The position numbers and the translations under genes were made by a program. Below are positions 28,798-41,995 of a DNA stretch of 64,000 bases, one piece after another. This DNA comes from Eledone cirrhosa (lineage: Eukaryota): positions 49,228,001-49,292,000 of the forward strand of contig OZ024751.1 in the NCBI GenBank assembly GCA_964016885.1, in the 5' to 3' direction. Each line of letters begins with the position of its first letter. Within the stretch, counting starts at the first letter, position 1. The notes below the pieces were generated by a model. The model had not been told where the DNA came from, ran no database searches, and saw only the letters and a list, made by a program, of their open reading frames with translations.

Positions 28798-28931
28798 CAT
28801 ATTCATCTCTATTCATATATACGTGTGTATATGTATGTCTAGATACATAGATGTATTTGTGTACACACACACATATATATATATATGTATAAATATATAT
28901 ATATGTATATGTATGTATATATATATATATA

Positions 28932-28978
28932 CTAGCAGCCATACCCGGCGTTGCCCGTGAGTAAGTCTACCATTAGTA
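28932..28978 (-). mobile_element. Helitron-like 3' terminus, copy 1
   Basis: Minus strand ends ...ACGGGCAACGCCGGGTATGGCTGCTAG|T, a GC hairpin followed by CTAG. An identical 47 bp lies at 29351-29397. Confidence 0.7.
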
Positions 28979-29289
28979 TATATGTTCTTCTTTTTGGTAA
29001 ATATCATCTTGGTTAAGAGAGTGGGACTGGCTTTGTGCAGTGCCTTTGCTCACTATAAAAGCTTCACGGCACAGGCATTGCTTTATATCTGGAGATCTCT
29101 CTGCACTTGTCGTCACATGGTACCAAAGGCAAAGCACTATGTGTCGATAATTGTCACAAGTGTAGTATTTGTACCAGAGTTTTCAAGTCGCTGGCTGGAC
29201 TAAAAAGTCACACTCGTTCAGCGCATCGGTAGGGGTTCTCCTACATGGATATAAAGTAGTGGCCGTACTCGAAAACGAGTTGGCAGCCA

Positions 29290-29350
<61 letters not shown>

Positions 29351-29351
<1 letters not shown>

Positions 29352-30818
29352 TAGCAGCCATACCCGGCGTTGCCCGTGAGTAAGTCTACCATTAGTAGAT
29401 GATTTTTTAAAGAGAAAACAACATACCACGAACCACACAATAACATTTATTTTTAACCATAAGAATTATATGTGGTTCGATGTAAAAACCGTAAAATGAA
29501 ATGCCATATGAAAGGTGAATGAGTGTAAAATTGTGGCGTTGACGCGGTGAAGATCAAAACGCGAACTATGTCACAACGAAGTCAGCTGCCCAAAAGTCAG
29601 TCACATGGAATTTATGACAATAATGTGGGATGTTTGGCAATTCAGGGACTAAAGTCGTTCTCGGGATGACGGAGATAATGTATGACGACTTTGAGTGAAA
29701 GGTACAAATGACGGGGGTGCCATACGTTTGCTACAGTAGAAACATCTAAATATTTCGTTATGCATTGCGTACATGTAGCCATTCTAATGATTTATGGAGT
29801 TTGAAATGCATGCCATTCTGTATAGTTGTGGCTGCCAATAGAAACTGTGACGTTGCTTTCCTTAGACTGATTGCAGTGACATAGACCAACCATGAAGGAC
29901 ACTCAAAATTCCTCAACACAAATTCTGCACCAACCTCGATTGCAAAAGTAACAGCGATTATTACGCCAAAAGAAAAATTCTGAAGCAACTTCTATTGCAC
30001 GAGATGCAGAAAACGAAACACAACGCTCGATGCGACAGCAAATAAATGCTGTGGCAACTGCTGCTGCTTGAGGTGCAGAAAACGATTCTCAACAGAAAGG
30101 AATCATTGAGGCAACGATTCTCAACAGAAAGCAATCATTGAGGCAACGTCTATTGCAGGAGATGCAGAGAACGAACCAGAGCGTTCATTACGGCGGCATA
30201 GAAATTCTGAGGCAACTTCCGCAACTCGAGCTGCATCAAACGAAACAAAGCGTCAACTGCGACAGCAAAGAACTGTGAGTCAACGTCTGCTGTTTGAGCT
30301 GTATCAACCGAAACACAGCGTCAACTACGGCAGCAAAGACATGTGAATCAACGTCTGCTGCACGCGCTGGCGAATCCATGGAAAACTAGCTCAACCAACC
30401 AGAGGGGACGTGCATTTCAATACCGTGCATCTCAAAGTGGTCACAGCGTTTACAGTCGAAAAGTATGGTGTTATGAATTTCAAAAAGGCAGTATGTCTAC
30501 AATGTGGTAATTATTGAAAGCAGCGAGGTATTTGATTGTTAGAAGATGGTTTGTGTCGCAGAGTTGATTACAGAACTTCTTGGTACACAAAATATCATCG
30601 TCACTTTTAAATCTACACAAACACAATAATGGGCAGCTCTTCAATGATTACATTCCTAAGATAATCCGTTTGTCCCAGAGAGGTTAACTTTGGGGTTTGA
30701 TTCTTTAAAAATATACGACAGTAGTCTGTCAAGGATAAACCAGATATATGAACAAATTACTTATACACGGATTCTTCGAAAAGATTCAATGCTAGTAACA
30801 TTGAACTTCTATATATAG
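29351..30818 (-). mobile_element. Non-autonomous Helitron-like element (right boundary tentative)
   Basis: CTAG-plus-hairpin terminus at 29351-29397 and a possible CTATATATAG 5' end at about 30818. Internal 69-bp repeats are present. Confidence 0.5.
29915..30385 (+). pseudogene. Decayed 23-aa (STPR-like) repeat coding segment
   Basis: ENETQRSMRQQINAVATAAA*GA / ENEPERSLRRHRNSEATSATRAA / SNETKRQLRQQR show a 69-bp period, with stops and frameshifts. Confidence 0.65.
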
Positions 30819-31184
30819 CTGTCAGTGTGTTTCGCCATTTTGTTGATATTTTTGGTTCTTTTGGTTGTTATTCTCTCTTCTGTTTTATATCTGGTTAGTA
30901 TTTCTTATGGATAAACCTTACATTTGCCCGACTGCCATGGCTTACCAGCTCTACAGAGAGAGTCAACGGATAACATATATAAAAGAAACTCTAACATTAA
31001 GATTGCAATTGTTATTTTGATCTCGGAAGAATCAAAGCTCATTGTGTTGTACGCTAGTACTGTCTAAAGTCTGAAACTTATTATTATCTATGTATGTATT
31101 CTCTGAGATAATTATTTCAGTTTATTTAGCAAAATACAGAATACCAGAAACCATGATGGTGGAGAAATGAGCCAGCAAATAATG

Positions 31185-31395
31185 ATTTCTAATAAACGCA
31201 CAAGGTCTGCGATTCTGTGAGAATGGAAAGTTGATTTTATTGACTTATGTCCTCGATTGGTACGTTATATTAATGGTCTGGAATTGTTGAACTGCAAAAT
31301 TGATATCGGCGGTCTTTGAAATCAGAACGTAAAGAGCCGTGACTATATAGAACAAGGCATTTTGTCCGATTCGTTAACGATTCTGCTAATCGAAG
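31185..31395 (-). mobile_element. Old diverged SINE copy
   Basis: Residual tttcta..gcacaagg, attggtac and tttgaaatcagaacgtaaag motifs. Confidence 0.55.
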
Positions 31396-31956
31396 AAAGA
31401 ATCGATGTGAAATATATAAGTTTAATAATTTAAATATTGTAGGGGCATAAAGCTTTACCAGAATAATAGACTGTTGCGTAATTTGCTTTCTTCTCTCTAC
31501 CAGTGTAAACATGTCTCGCCATTTACATTACGTTGTTTTATGTAGCACAATTTTTATAGTTCTGGCATCACATTTGATGGTGATGATGGTGGTGGTGGTG
31601 GTGGTGGTGGTGATGGTGGTTTTGGTGGTTTTGGTGGGGTGCTAACTTTGGGAGATTTGGGGCGTGTTGGTGATTTTGTCGACGGTGACTGTGCCGTCTG
31701 GAGGTATCAATGAAAGGATTATTTTGCCAGTCATTCAACCTGTAGTATATAACATTAGTATATGTTATATATTGAACTCGATCTATATGACAGACTGTTC
31801 CCAACTTCCGTCAGCATAAAACCCCTAAATGAGTGTTTGAGGTGTTATTTCGTAATTGGAATCATTAGGGAAACCCATCGATCTCCATTTTGGGGCAGGG
31901 TCAAATGTTTCAGAGAAAATGCGACAGAGCAGTAGAGAAACAGATAGAAGAATAAT

Positions 31957-32141
31957 TGTTTCTACTTTAGGCACAAGGCCAGCAACTACCCAGTACATTA
32001 CTGGTACTTTATTTTATCGACCCCGTAAGGATGAAAGGCAAAGTTAACCTCGGCGGGATTTGAACTCAGACTGTAAAGGGACGTAACTATGCTAGAAAGC
32101 ATGGCGTCCAACCCTCTACCGATACTGCCAATTCACCGCCC
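31957..32141 (-). mobile_element. tRNA-derived SINE, full length
   Basis: Collinear with 23959-24143. A flanking repeat GAAGAATAAT lies at 31947-31956 and 32146-32155. Confidence 0.93.
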
Positions 32142-32239
32142 TGATGAAGAATAATAATGAAGAGATAGAAGAAATGTGAAGAAGAATTAACCCAGTAACT
32201 TTATAGTACTATATGTATCAACTCCCAAAACAAGAAGTT

Positions 32240-32462
32240 TTAATTTAGGCACAAGGTCTGCAATTTATAAGTAGGGTAAAGTCGATCATATTTAGCCCAG
32301 TACATATTTTATCGACTCCCCAGAAGATCGAAATGCAAGTTGACTTCTGCGGGAATTAAATTCTGAATGTATAGAACCAATAACAGAACAGTTTAACCAA
32401 AGAACAGAAATGTACAGAACAGTTTCACCAAAGCTCTAACAATTCTGCGAATCTATCACCCT
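32240..32462 (-). mobile_element. Old diverged SINE copy
   Basis: tttaggcacaagg...gtcgat...ttttatcgac...gttgacttctgcggga motifs. Confidence 0.55.
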
Positions 32463-32729
32463 CATCGACACGAAAATAATGAAAAGCATTATTGTCGTTA
32501 GTGCAATTAGAAGCTTGAGCAGAGATACTTAAAAAATACCGCAAGTCATTTTATTCGATGCCCTAAGAAATTTGGCAGTCCATCACCTTACTAACAATAC
32601 CTGGCCCTAGGACTAGTCACTAAGGTCATATTTTGTCTGCCGGCAGAATAACTTGTCATTGTTTATTAGCCACAGTTTTCTCCCAATACGGGGGCCTATG
32701 ATCAACAGCTAGCAGGCCATTATCAACTC

Positions 32730-33601
32730 TCCTTACTTCCAGATACTATACGTTACATCTGCATTATCCACTGTATCTTCCCTATGTTGTAAGGTGGAAG
32801 GGTATGTTACATAACCTTTGACTTCTAATACTAGCAAAGCGAGAAAAATATGTGGAAACCCATTTCTTGCTTGATTATACATACTGTTGCTTCTCAGTTT
32901 TGTAAAACAAAGAATTGGATCTACTACTGCTAAATACATGAATTTAATTATTACTAATGTAAATTTGAACTTATGTTTTTGCAGGCATCCTCTCCAAGTT
33001 GATATTGGAATTGTTTAACTCTCTCTAATTATATCATGAATTCAATAAGCCATGTTAGCAATCCATCGTTTTAAACTCTTTGTAAGAGTAGTGATAATGC
33101 AAAACTGTGTACAAAAGTATAATTGAATGAATTATAACAAAAACAAATCCTTTGGTGGGATACGAACTTTAAGTTATTTACATCAAAATTCCCAAGTGAA
33201 TCCATTTTGCGGCTGTGACAATGTATGACCTCTGATCTGTTTTTTTATCTTTGAAATTCGGAAGAAATCTCTTAGAATTTCAATTCCATGAAGCAAACAA
33301 AGACTACCATTTCTGTATCGCTGATAATGTCAGTAGGATCGTTAGCTTGAAAAGCGAAATTCGATTTCTTTAGCTCAGTAAAAATAAGATGCGTTTTTAT
33401 TGCAATGCATTAATTTGGATTATTCTGTTTAGGAATGGTATTATCTGGAATAGAAAGTTTGCTAGTTTCCTTGTTCAACTTCATCACCAAACATTGTTCT
33501 AACAATCGAATGGTATGCGGGCAAAACTGCAAAAAACACGAGGCTGGTGTAATCTTTAGAAATGCAGCCTCTATTTATTGCTTGATACAACGATTTCTGA
33601 C

Positions 33602-33696
<95 letters not shown>

Positions 33697-33900
33697 GTAC
33701 GGCCTCAGTTGAACTTTACTGTAAATAGTCCAGGCCATTTTTTACTTTCATAATAATGTGAAGTATTTCAATTTGTCCACTGCTGTGGTTCGACTAACCT
33801 TTGGAATGAATTGGTAGTGTTTAGTTTTGTATGAGTAGATCTTAAATGCCTCTTTTTCATTTAAAAGGAAGTGTCGATTCTTTATGAAACGCCAGGCTTG
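32730..33900 (-). pseudogene. Decayed hAT (Buster/Charlie, ZBED5-like) transposase interrupted by (TA)n
   Basis: Hand translation of the minus strand gives LPAYHSIVRTMFGDE, SKLSIPDNTI, ELKKSNFAFQANDPTDIISDTEMVVFVCF and FCII. These resemble LPAC..IV..MFG, K.PLS.NT, F.LQ.DESTD...QL..FVR and HC.IH. There are many stops and frameshifts. Confidence 0.6.
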
Positions 33901-34536
33901 CTCGTCCACAACACCGTGATGTAAGAGGATAAAATACAACACCAATAACATAAAAAACAAAATGATACAATATATATTTTTGTTGAATTGTTATCTTGTT
34001 AAATTTATTCAATATTGGCGTGATGAAAGACTACATAGAGTCCACACTAAACCAGATATTTTATTTTCTTGATAGTGGATGTTTTTGTTGGTGTTGTATT
34101 GGCCGTTATAGTGGCTTATATTATCGTTTTGCCCCTGGTCACAATGATTAAAAATACTTATCTATAATCAAAGGTATTTTAGTTGTGGCTAGCCTGAAAC
34201 TTTTCAGTTGTATCTATTGTCTTAGCTTCTTATTTTAAACCATGGTGTGTAAATTGTAAGGGTATTTACTATTATTTTAAGCAGATATAACAACTACGAA
34301 CGAAACTGATTCTGGACTCGATCTTGTTATTTTCGTTTTATTTTCTGTTGAAAGTTAGAGGTTGGAGATGAGGCAGTTGGTGGTACAACGTCACCATCTT
34401 TGCAGATAAATACTGCAATTTTATTTAATTCTTCAGATACCTTTCTCAAAGATGAGAACAATATAAAAGTAAGGTTAAAGAAAATGGCGTTCTTAAAGGC
34501 CAAACCAATTTTAATGCATGCTACGTTCATTGTTTG

Positions 34537-34693
<157 letters not shown>

Positions 34694-34929
34694 TTCTTGT
34701 TATAGTTTCTCTTTACAAATGAAATACACCTTTGAAAAGAATAAAATATATATTGATCTGAATAGAAATAAAATAAAAATTGAAGTCATGTTTACGGTGC
34801 AATGCGTGTTGGAAATAATAAAACAATAATGTCACGTTACAACTATCAAGGAGCAAACAGGAAAGAATATATAAAATGTATGTATATGCATGTAAACCCC
34901 ATACACACACAAACAAACAGACACACATG

Positions 34930-35033
<104 letters not shown>

Positions 35034-35067
35034 CGTATATATGTGTATATATATATATTTATGTATG

Positions 35068-35124
<57 letters not shown>

Positions 35125-35629
35125 TGGAAACCTTCGTTGAAGTCATGAAAATTTCACGGCACATACTAGAATTTCACATTTATCTCCACTAAGGTGTCAT
35201 CTATTAAAGTATTATAAGCGTAATTTGAGATAAAAAAATCAGATTATATTACATAGAAATACGTTTTATGAATAAGATAACTACTTCCAGCCAATAATTC
35301 TTAGTTCCTTTTTTTTGTTAATGCCGTATTTTATTGTTCCATTTTCGTTTTTGATTTTTTTTTAAATTTAGAACATGAGGTAACATACACTTACGCTTGC
35401 TTTCCTCTTTTAAAATGTTTTGTAAAAACGTAATAAAACTCAGATAAAAAATAAGACCTCCAGCGGATATTGTCTGCTTAAAGATTTCTCAAGAAATATG
35501 TAATCCGCAGACATTTCATTTATGAGGTCGTGATCATTATCAGAATAAAAAGAAGACTCATCGTTGTTATCCGTTTAATTTACATTGTATGTGTGGGTGT
35601 GCATCTGTATGCGTATATATATACATATA

Positions 35630-36310
35630 TTAATAAGAGGAATTCCAACTTTGTCTGATTTACTCGTTTTATTTACAATCCTTTAAAATTTATAATGGTA
35701 TTATAATGAAATAGTATGATAGAATATTAAATGTTAAGTGTTAATTGAACAAGTACTTTCATGCTTTCGCAATCTTCAGGTTCATAATGTGTGGTGACAG
35801 TCAAGTTTGAAATTGCCAACTGTAATGAGATGGGTACATTTTGTACCTTATATACAGTGAAAAGAGCCTCAGAATGCTAAATCTTGCAAACTGTATTTCG
35901 ACCAATCGGTGTGTAGTTTCACTGAATTACTAAAGCTGATTGGTTTAGGCGTCACGGTTGTTTGAGCATGTCTAACGACCACTAATTGATAATATCCAAA
36001 GCATCAATTGTTTTGCTAGTTTTAGAAATGATGAAAATAGCATTTTCTAGTAATCATCACCATCAACATCACTTTTATTATTATTATTATTGTTGTTGTT
36101 GTTGTTAGTGTTGAACTTGCCAGTAGAAGAAAAGGGAGAGGGAGTGGAGGAAACCAAGTCGTGCGTTGAAAGTGACAACTACATATTTTTAACATTCTTA
36201 TATTTTTCATACCTCAATGTACATTGGGTATTTGCCTAGCCATTTTCGCTTACTGGTGGACCAAATATATTAATTAGCATTGAGCTTCTATAATCTTTAA
36301 CAGTATATAT
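35630..36310 (-). mobile_element. Decayed PLE 3' end (ORF tail plus pLTR)
   Basis: Minus-strand LLKIIEA and RMLKIC peptides resemble a GIY-YIG C-terminus. They are followed by a hammerhead and then TA. Confidence 0.45.
35746..35784 (-). ncRNA. Minimal type I hammerhead ribozyme motif
   Basis: Minus strand: TGAAC CTGAAGA T TGC gaaa GCA T GAAA GTAC TT GTTCA. Stem I is 5 bp, loop II is GNRA and stem III carries the palindrome GTAC. Confidence 0.72.
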
Positions 36311-36365
36311 ATTGGTAAACTCGAATATAACCAAACATATACTATATATAAATATACATATACTG

Positions 36366-36404
<39 letters not shown>

Positions 36405-36429
36405 TTGTGTGTGTGCGTGTGTGTGTATG

Positions 36430-36513
<84 letters not shown>

Positions 36514-36739
36514 CACTTGAGTGTTGTCTATATTTGGTGTTACGTAGTAATTTCCTGATGATAAATAGGTTCTAACGACCATAACCACTACACGTCAGTA
36601 ATTTATCCCAGCTAAGTGATACTGAATGCCGAAGTATTCATTTATCAAATAATGGTAGTTAGGACTGGATTAAATCACCATAATTGTTTATTGTTTTATA
36701 TATATTTCTGTTACGTCGTTATTCATGCGACTTCGTCAG

Positions 36740-36880
36740 TTGCTTACGCAATCATTGGTATATGCCTACCACTTTGCTACTGGATGGACGTTCATAGCTA
36801 CCGGCATATCACAATGATTGCATGAGTCCTGTACCAGTGATTCCTTCTACGCTTGAAGGCTGTGAACAATAATCATGTGA
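36740..36880 (+). pseudogene. Possible decayed EGF-like (MEGF/SREC-type) exon
   Basis: After ttcgtcag, frame-mixed peptides read AIIGICLPLC / TGW / HNDCMS / CTSDSFY / EGCEQ.SC. Several frameshifts are needed. Confidence 0.3.
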
Positions 36881-38068
36881 AATGAGTAATGCGCTTCTCT
36901 TTCTGAAGAAGTGTTTTAAAAAGTAGTTAAAAAATCAGATCGTGTTCAGTGTGCAGCGCTTATGCTGAAATATAATGGACATCCAGATCCCAGTTATACA
37001 CATAGAGATACATTTTTCAATAGTTAATTTAGTGTTAATATAATTCATCCAGGAAATGAAATCTAACTAGAAAATAATTATGTGATGGGGAAACCCAATA
37101 TTAGTTCTATAATCAATATTATTTTAATTCTTTTGGCACTTGCCATAATTATTGAAATAATTAAATTAATATTATTCATTCACTGATATTATTGTTCATT
37201 ACCACATAATTACTTCTAGTTAGAAGTGTTGTTCATATGCCCCCTGCGTTAAATATGATAACACAAACTTAACTGTTGTATTCTCATGCTGTTGGGCCTC
37301 TCTAAGTTCGTTATTGGCTAAATACTCCCGTTACATTTCTTCGTGTAATGCAACATCATGTTTGATGGTCGACAAATATAAGGTGAACAGTTATGGCAAA
37401 TATCAGCAAATGTATGCGTGCATTTTATTATCGCTTGTCAACATATTTTTCCATACACATAGCCTCGTCAGCGCAGCATTATAGCAAATGTGTTCCGAAG
37501 GGCAACCGCATGGAAATGAAGATGACTCGGGATCCACCAACTACTTTATAATTATAATTTATGTCGTAATGCAGAAATCGTTTGTCGCTCCCCATATATA
37601 TATATATGTGATATATATGGTGAGTGACAAAAAAGCAGAACAGGGGAAAAAATAAATTCCTGTACTAATGTCCGAGTTTATAGGTATCTAGTTCAAAGCG
37701 CTAAGATCGCTGTCAAGATAGGTTTTCATTTTATGTTTAATTGACTTGGCAATAAATAAACTACTATTTAATATTAGAGTATATTACAAGGTCTACACAT
37801 CTTCCGCACCAATTCTAGAAATCTATATTTTATTATATTTATGACGGCGAATATCAGAAACGGTAGCGTAAGGAGACTAGCTGTCGTATAGAATGTCCTT
37901 GCGTCAATTTACTTCCCGAGTTAGTATCACGCCGATGACAAATGTCATCCTTCCGAGAGTGATAAAAATAAAGTGCCCACTAAGTAAAATCTTTGATGTT
38001 ATGAGCACGGCACTCATCAGACTAGGTTACGAAGCTAATATTTGAATTTCATCCTATTGTGGACTTTA

Positions 38069-38288
38069 GGGCGGTGGATTGGCAGTATTGGTAGAGAGTC
38101 GAACACTATGTTTTGCATCATAGAGTTACGGCCTTTTACAGTCTGTGTTCAAATCCTGCCGAGGTGAACTTTGACTTTCATCCTTACGGGGTCGATAAAA
38201 TAAAGCACCAATAACGTACTGGGGTCGATTTAATCGACTTTCCCCTCCCCCAAATCACTGGCCTTCTGCCTATACTAGAAATAATTAT
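38069..38288 (+). mobile_element. tRNA-derived SINE, full length, long-tail subtype
   Basis: GGGCGGTGGATTGGCAGTATTGG head, GTTCAAATCC B box and GTCGATTTAATCGAC hairpin. Confidence 0.9.
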
Positions 38289-39486
38289 ACTGTGGTCGTT
38301 AAAAGTTAGTACCAGTCAACTACTGCGGTCAGTCATAATCAATTATAACTCCACCTTCAAAATATAAGTAGCTCGAGCTATAGTAACTATCAATATTGAT
38401 ATAATGCCATATCTTATCATGAAATATCAATTTCAAATTCCACCACTAAGTCTTTTTTATTAGTTATTTCTCTTTTATACTACACCGAGCATGAAGTACC
38501 AGTGCTTATAATTATGTATATGTTCAGGGATGTCGTCTTTGAATGGAAAAAAAGTGAGTGCGATTTATCATCAAAAGAGTGTCATTTGCCTAATGCTTGC
38601 AACAGTGTAAACGCCACTAAATTCAACCAAGTACGAAGTGGCGGTGTGAAAGCGAGTGACAGTTAATAAGTACAACTAGAAATCCAACGTAACTCAAAGA
38701 ACAAATACCGCAAGGTAGGGTAGTCCAACAGCCTACAATTTCTACCACCAAACTACCCACCTTAAATTGTTATTGCATCGAACTCCAAAAGATGAAAGAC
38801 GAATTTGACTTCGGCGAGGATTGATCCTAAATGACACGGATGCCGGAAGTGGGGGTAAAATATATTGTCATGCGTCCTACAGGCACTGACAATTGGCTGT
38901 ATTTTCAGATTAAAATAAGTGATTTGTTTTTAATGGAATGTGAAGAAAAACTTACATATGTGTCAGCAGACGAATCATTATGGTTCAATCAATATTTCCT
39001 AAGATATATACCTATAAAAATTTGGCACATTTTGATTTTCACTGCGAAAATTAACATTTATATTGTAGAAAATGTTTTGGCCTTGGTTCATTTCTCGTTT
39101 CTATATATTTCTTCTAGTGTGGTGGTAAATTGGTAATGATTTTTTAATTTGGGCGTCCTCTTCATTGCTTATTTATTTGTCTGTGTTTACTTAAACTTAT
39201 GTTAATAGCATTTATATAAATGTTGTTTTTGACGATGTTGTTTAGCCGCAGATCATTTTGCTGTTGTTAATACTGTTGTTGTTTATCCCTGAACGGGTAG
39301 GCTTGTAATTAAATATTTTATCGTCGTGACTATGTATTCCGGTTTTTTTTCCAGACATATTGTATTTAAATCTTCATTTTCGGATGTGTCTTTCATTTTT
39401 TAAAAGAAGTTATGGTGTGAATTTTGCGGAAATTAGACGATACTGTTTAGTAACTACAACCAGAGACTAACATTATTTACTTACAG

Positions 39487-40375
39487 CTGCAATAAATAAT
39501 TTATGAGAGTTTACGGATACAAGAATCCTCAACTTCTGCATTATTGGCCATGAGCAACCAGAACAGAGTAGATAACGAATAGGAATACAAAAAACAATAA
39601 ATACACTGCCAACACAGAAAGCATTACTAAATATCACAACCTACTGTCACCAGCCACTCCGGATTCATCATCCCCTAAATAAACTCCACAAGGTTGAAGA
39701 CCAGAACCAGCACAACTACCACCTTCAACATCACCCTCTCTACTATACGCAACAGCAACAAAAACACCAAAAACATGTTAGCCATTAGTAGAAATTTAAT
39801 ATATTTTGTTAGCTTCAAGGCAAAATATACCAGGAATAATAATTTATAGAGATACATAGAAATTGAAATCTCAAGAAACTAGGAAATTATCAAGTAATTA
39901 TCTGTTTTTTCGAATGTTTGCAGAAATGTTTCTGAACCAAATACTATCACCATTATTACAACTACAACAACAAACCACAACTAGAACAGCAACAACAACA
40001 CATTATTGATATTACAACTAGGGAAACAGACCACTCATATAACAGCGACAAGATCACACCAGCAATATTATAGCAACAGACTACCGCCATAACACACTAA
40101 CACTATTACTACAATAACAACTACAAGAATACACATTACACGTCCGCAGTTACAATAACTAACCCAACTAAGTGACATACCACCACAACGATTACACCAC
40201 CTACCACAAATAAGACAACTTCTACCTCAACAACACCTCCTACCACTACAACACCTACCACAACAACAACTCCGACCACTACAACACCTACTACAACAAC
40301 AATTCCTACCACTACAACACCTACTACAACAACAACTCCTACCACTACAACACCTACCACAAACACAAGGAAACA
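39487..40375 (+). pseudogene. Possible decayed Thr/Pro-rich mucin-like exons
   Basis: Acceptor-like sites end at 39486 and 39923. ACN/CCN codon runs vary at the third position, giving PTTTTPTTTTT (33-bp unit) at about 40185-40368. There are in-frame stops upstream. Confidence 0.4.
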
Positions 40376-41662
40376 GTTAAGGAAGAATGCATCGTTCGTT
40401 TTTGTTTTGCATTTGAAAAGGTGTTTTAAGCTTGAAATATGTTGAAATATAATGGGTAACAAAAATATTACTTCGTATTTTTTTTTTTTTTTGTATTTCT
40501 CATCCTTTGTCCTTTATATATTTCTACCGCATTGTACTGGCTTTCTGAACTCCTTGCCAATCATCTACGACATATCTCACAATGCATCGTATTAAGTAAA
40601 CTATTGTAAGCATAGATGTATAGATATGTAGGGAAGTAGACATATTGATCGATACGGAAAAGCTTAATTCGATACCCAATATTAAAGTGAGAGCAAATAT
40701 GTTAAAACTGCCTCGGTATAAAATATTCTTCCCTGCGTCGGAATTCTTTTATATTATCCTTCATATTTTCATCAACCTTCATACTTTCTATATTTGCATA
40801 TCTCTCGCAATTTCCCAATTTCTTCACCCCACTTTTCCTCCCTATTTGTTCCCCTATTTCACCGAAAATATATATTAATCTCGATTAAAAATGAATAAAC
40901 GTAAAAAGTTAAAATCCAGGAAAGATATATACGGTGCAAAAAGAAAACAATTATATTAAATATATATTTCTTTTTTTTTTACCATTACACATCACGTTGT
41001 TCAGAATATCGAAAATAGGAAATAATCGCCTCTAACTTTTATTTACATCAGTAGATATAATTGGCGAAAATAATATTTGAAATTATTAATTTATATGTTC
41101 GCAAATATTTACAGCCCCTTTGAACAACTGCTTTAAAATATTCTGACCATAATAGATCGTAGGAAACAGTCATATATTAATTTATTTCAGCAAAATTTAT
41201 TTCCCTTTCCAATTTCACTTGCAAATATATTGATGGTTATATTGTACGAGTATTTTTATGTTCAGGCCAGGCCAGGCCAAACCTATTTAATCAATTATAC
41301 AATAAACCTTGTTCTATTTGTGACAGTACTAAGGTAAAAAAAAAAAAAAAAAAAAAAGGGCTATACAGCACTAACTAGTGTGGCATTCACCCATGCATGC
41401 ATATCCACTCTTTCCACGGTGCTGATTGTGTCCAAAGGAAAGGCAAATGTCGATACATTTTGGCAATTATTGGACGTTAATAGTGAAACAATAAAGTGCT
41501 TCCCCCCGGAAACAACCTGCCAGCAAACTGAGAAATGAATTTCACGATCGTTAAAACGTGAGCTCATGACCCTAATCACAAACTCATGCACATTCCTACA
41601 CACACATGCACACACTCACGCACTCACACATACACACTCCACTCATGCACATACACACACAA

Positions 41663-41719
<57 letters not shown>

Positions 41720-41723
41720 AATT

Positions 41724-41904
41724 GTCAGGACCCCGACGGCTGAGCTCCGCCCGTTTCGACAGCCAGATCTAGCTGTCGAGACGGCCTCAGCTCAGCCGTC
41801 AGGGTCCTGACTCTTTTCCTATTACCCACTCTACTACCCTAACTATCGAGTCCTCTGGTGCGTGCGTTATGGTCCACCTGGTTCCTTACCACACCTTCCT
41901 TCGT
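41724..41904 (+). mobile_element. Half-hammerhead hairpin family, copy 3 (opposite orientation, diverged)
   Basis: Hairpin 41724-41811 plus the tail ttcctattacccactctactaccctaa...ttccttcgt, then (TA)n. Confidence 0.82.
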
Positions 41905-41916
41905 ATATATATATAT

Positions 41917-41995
<79 letters not shown>

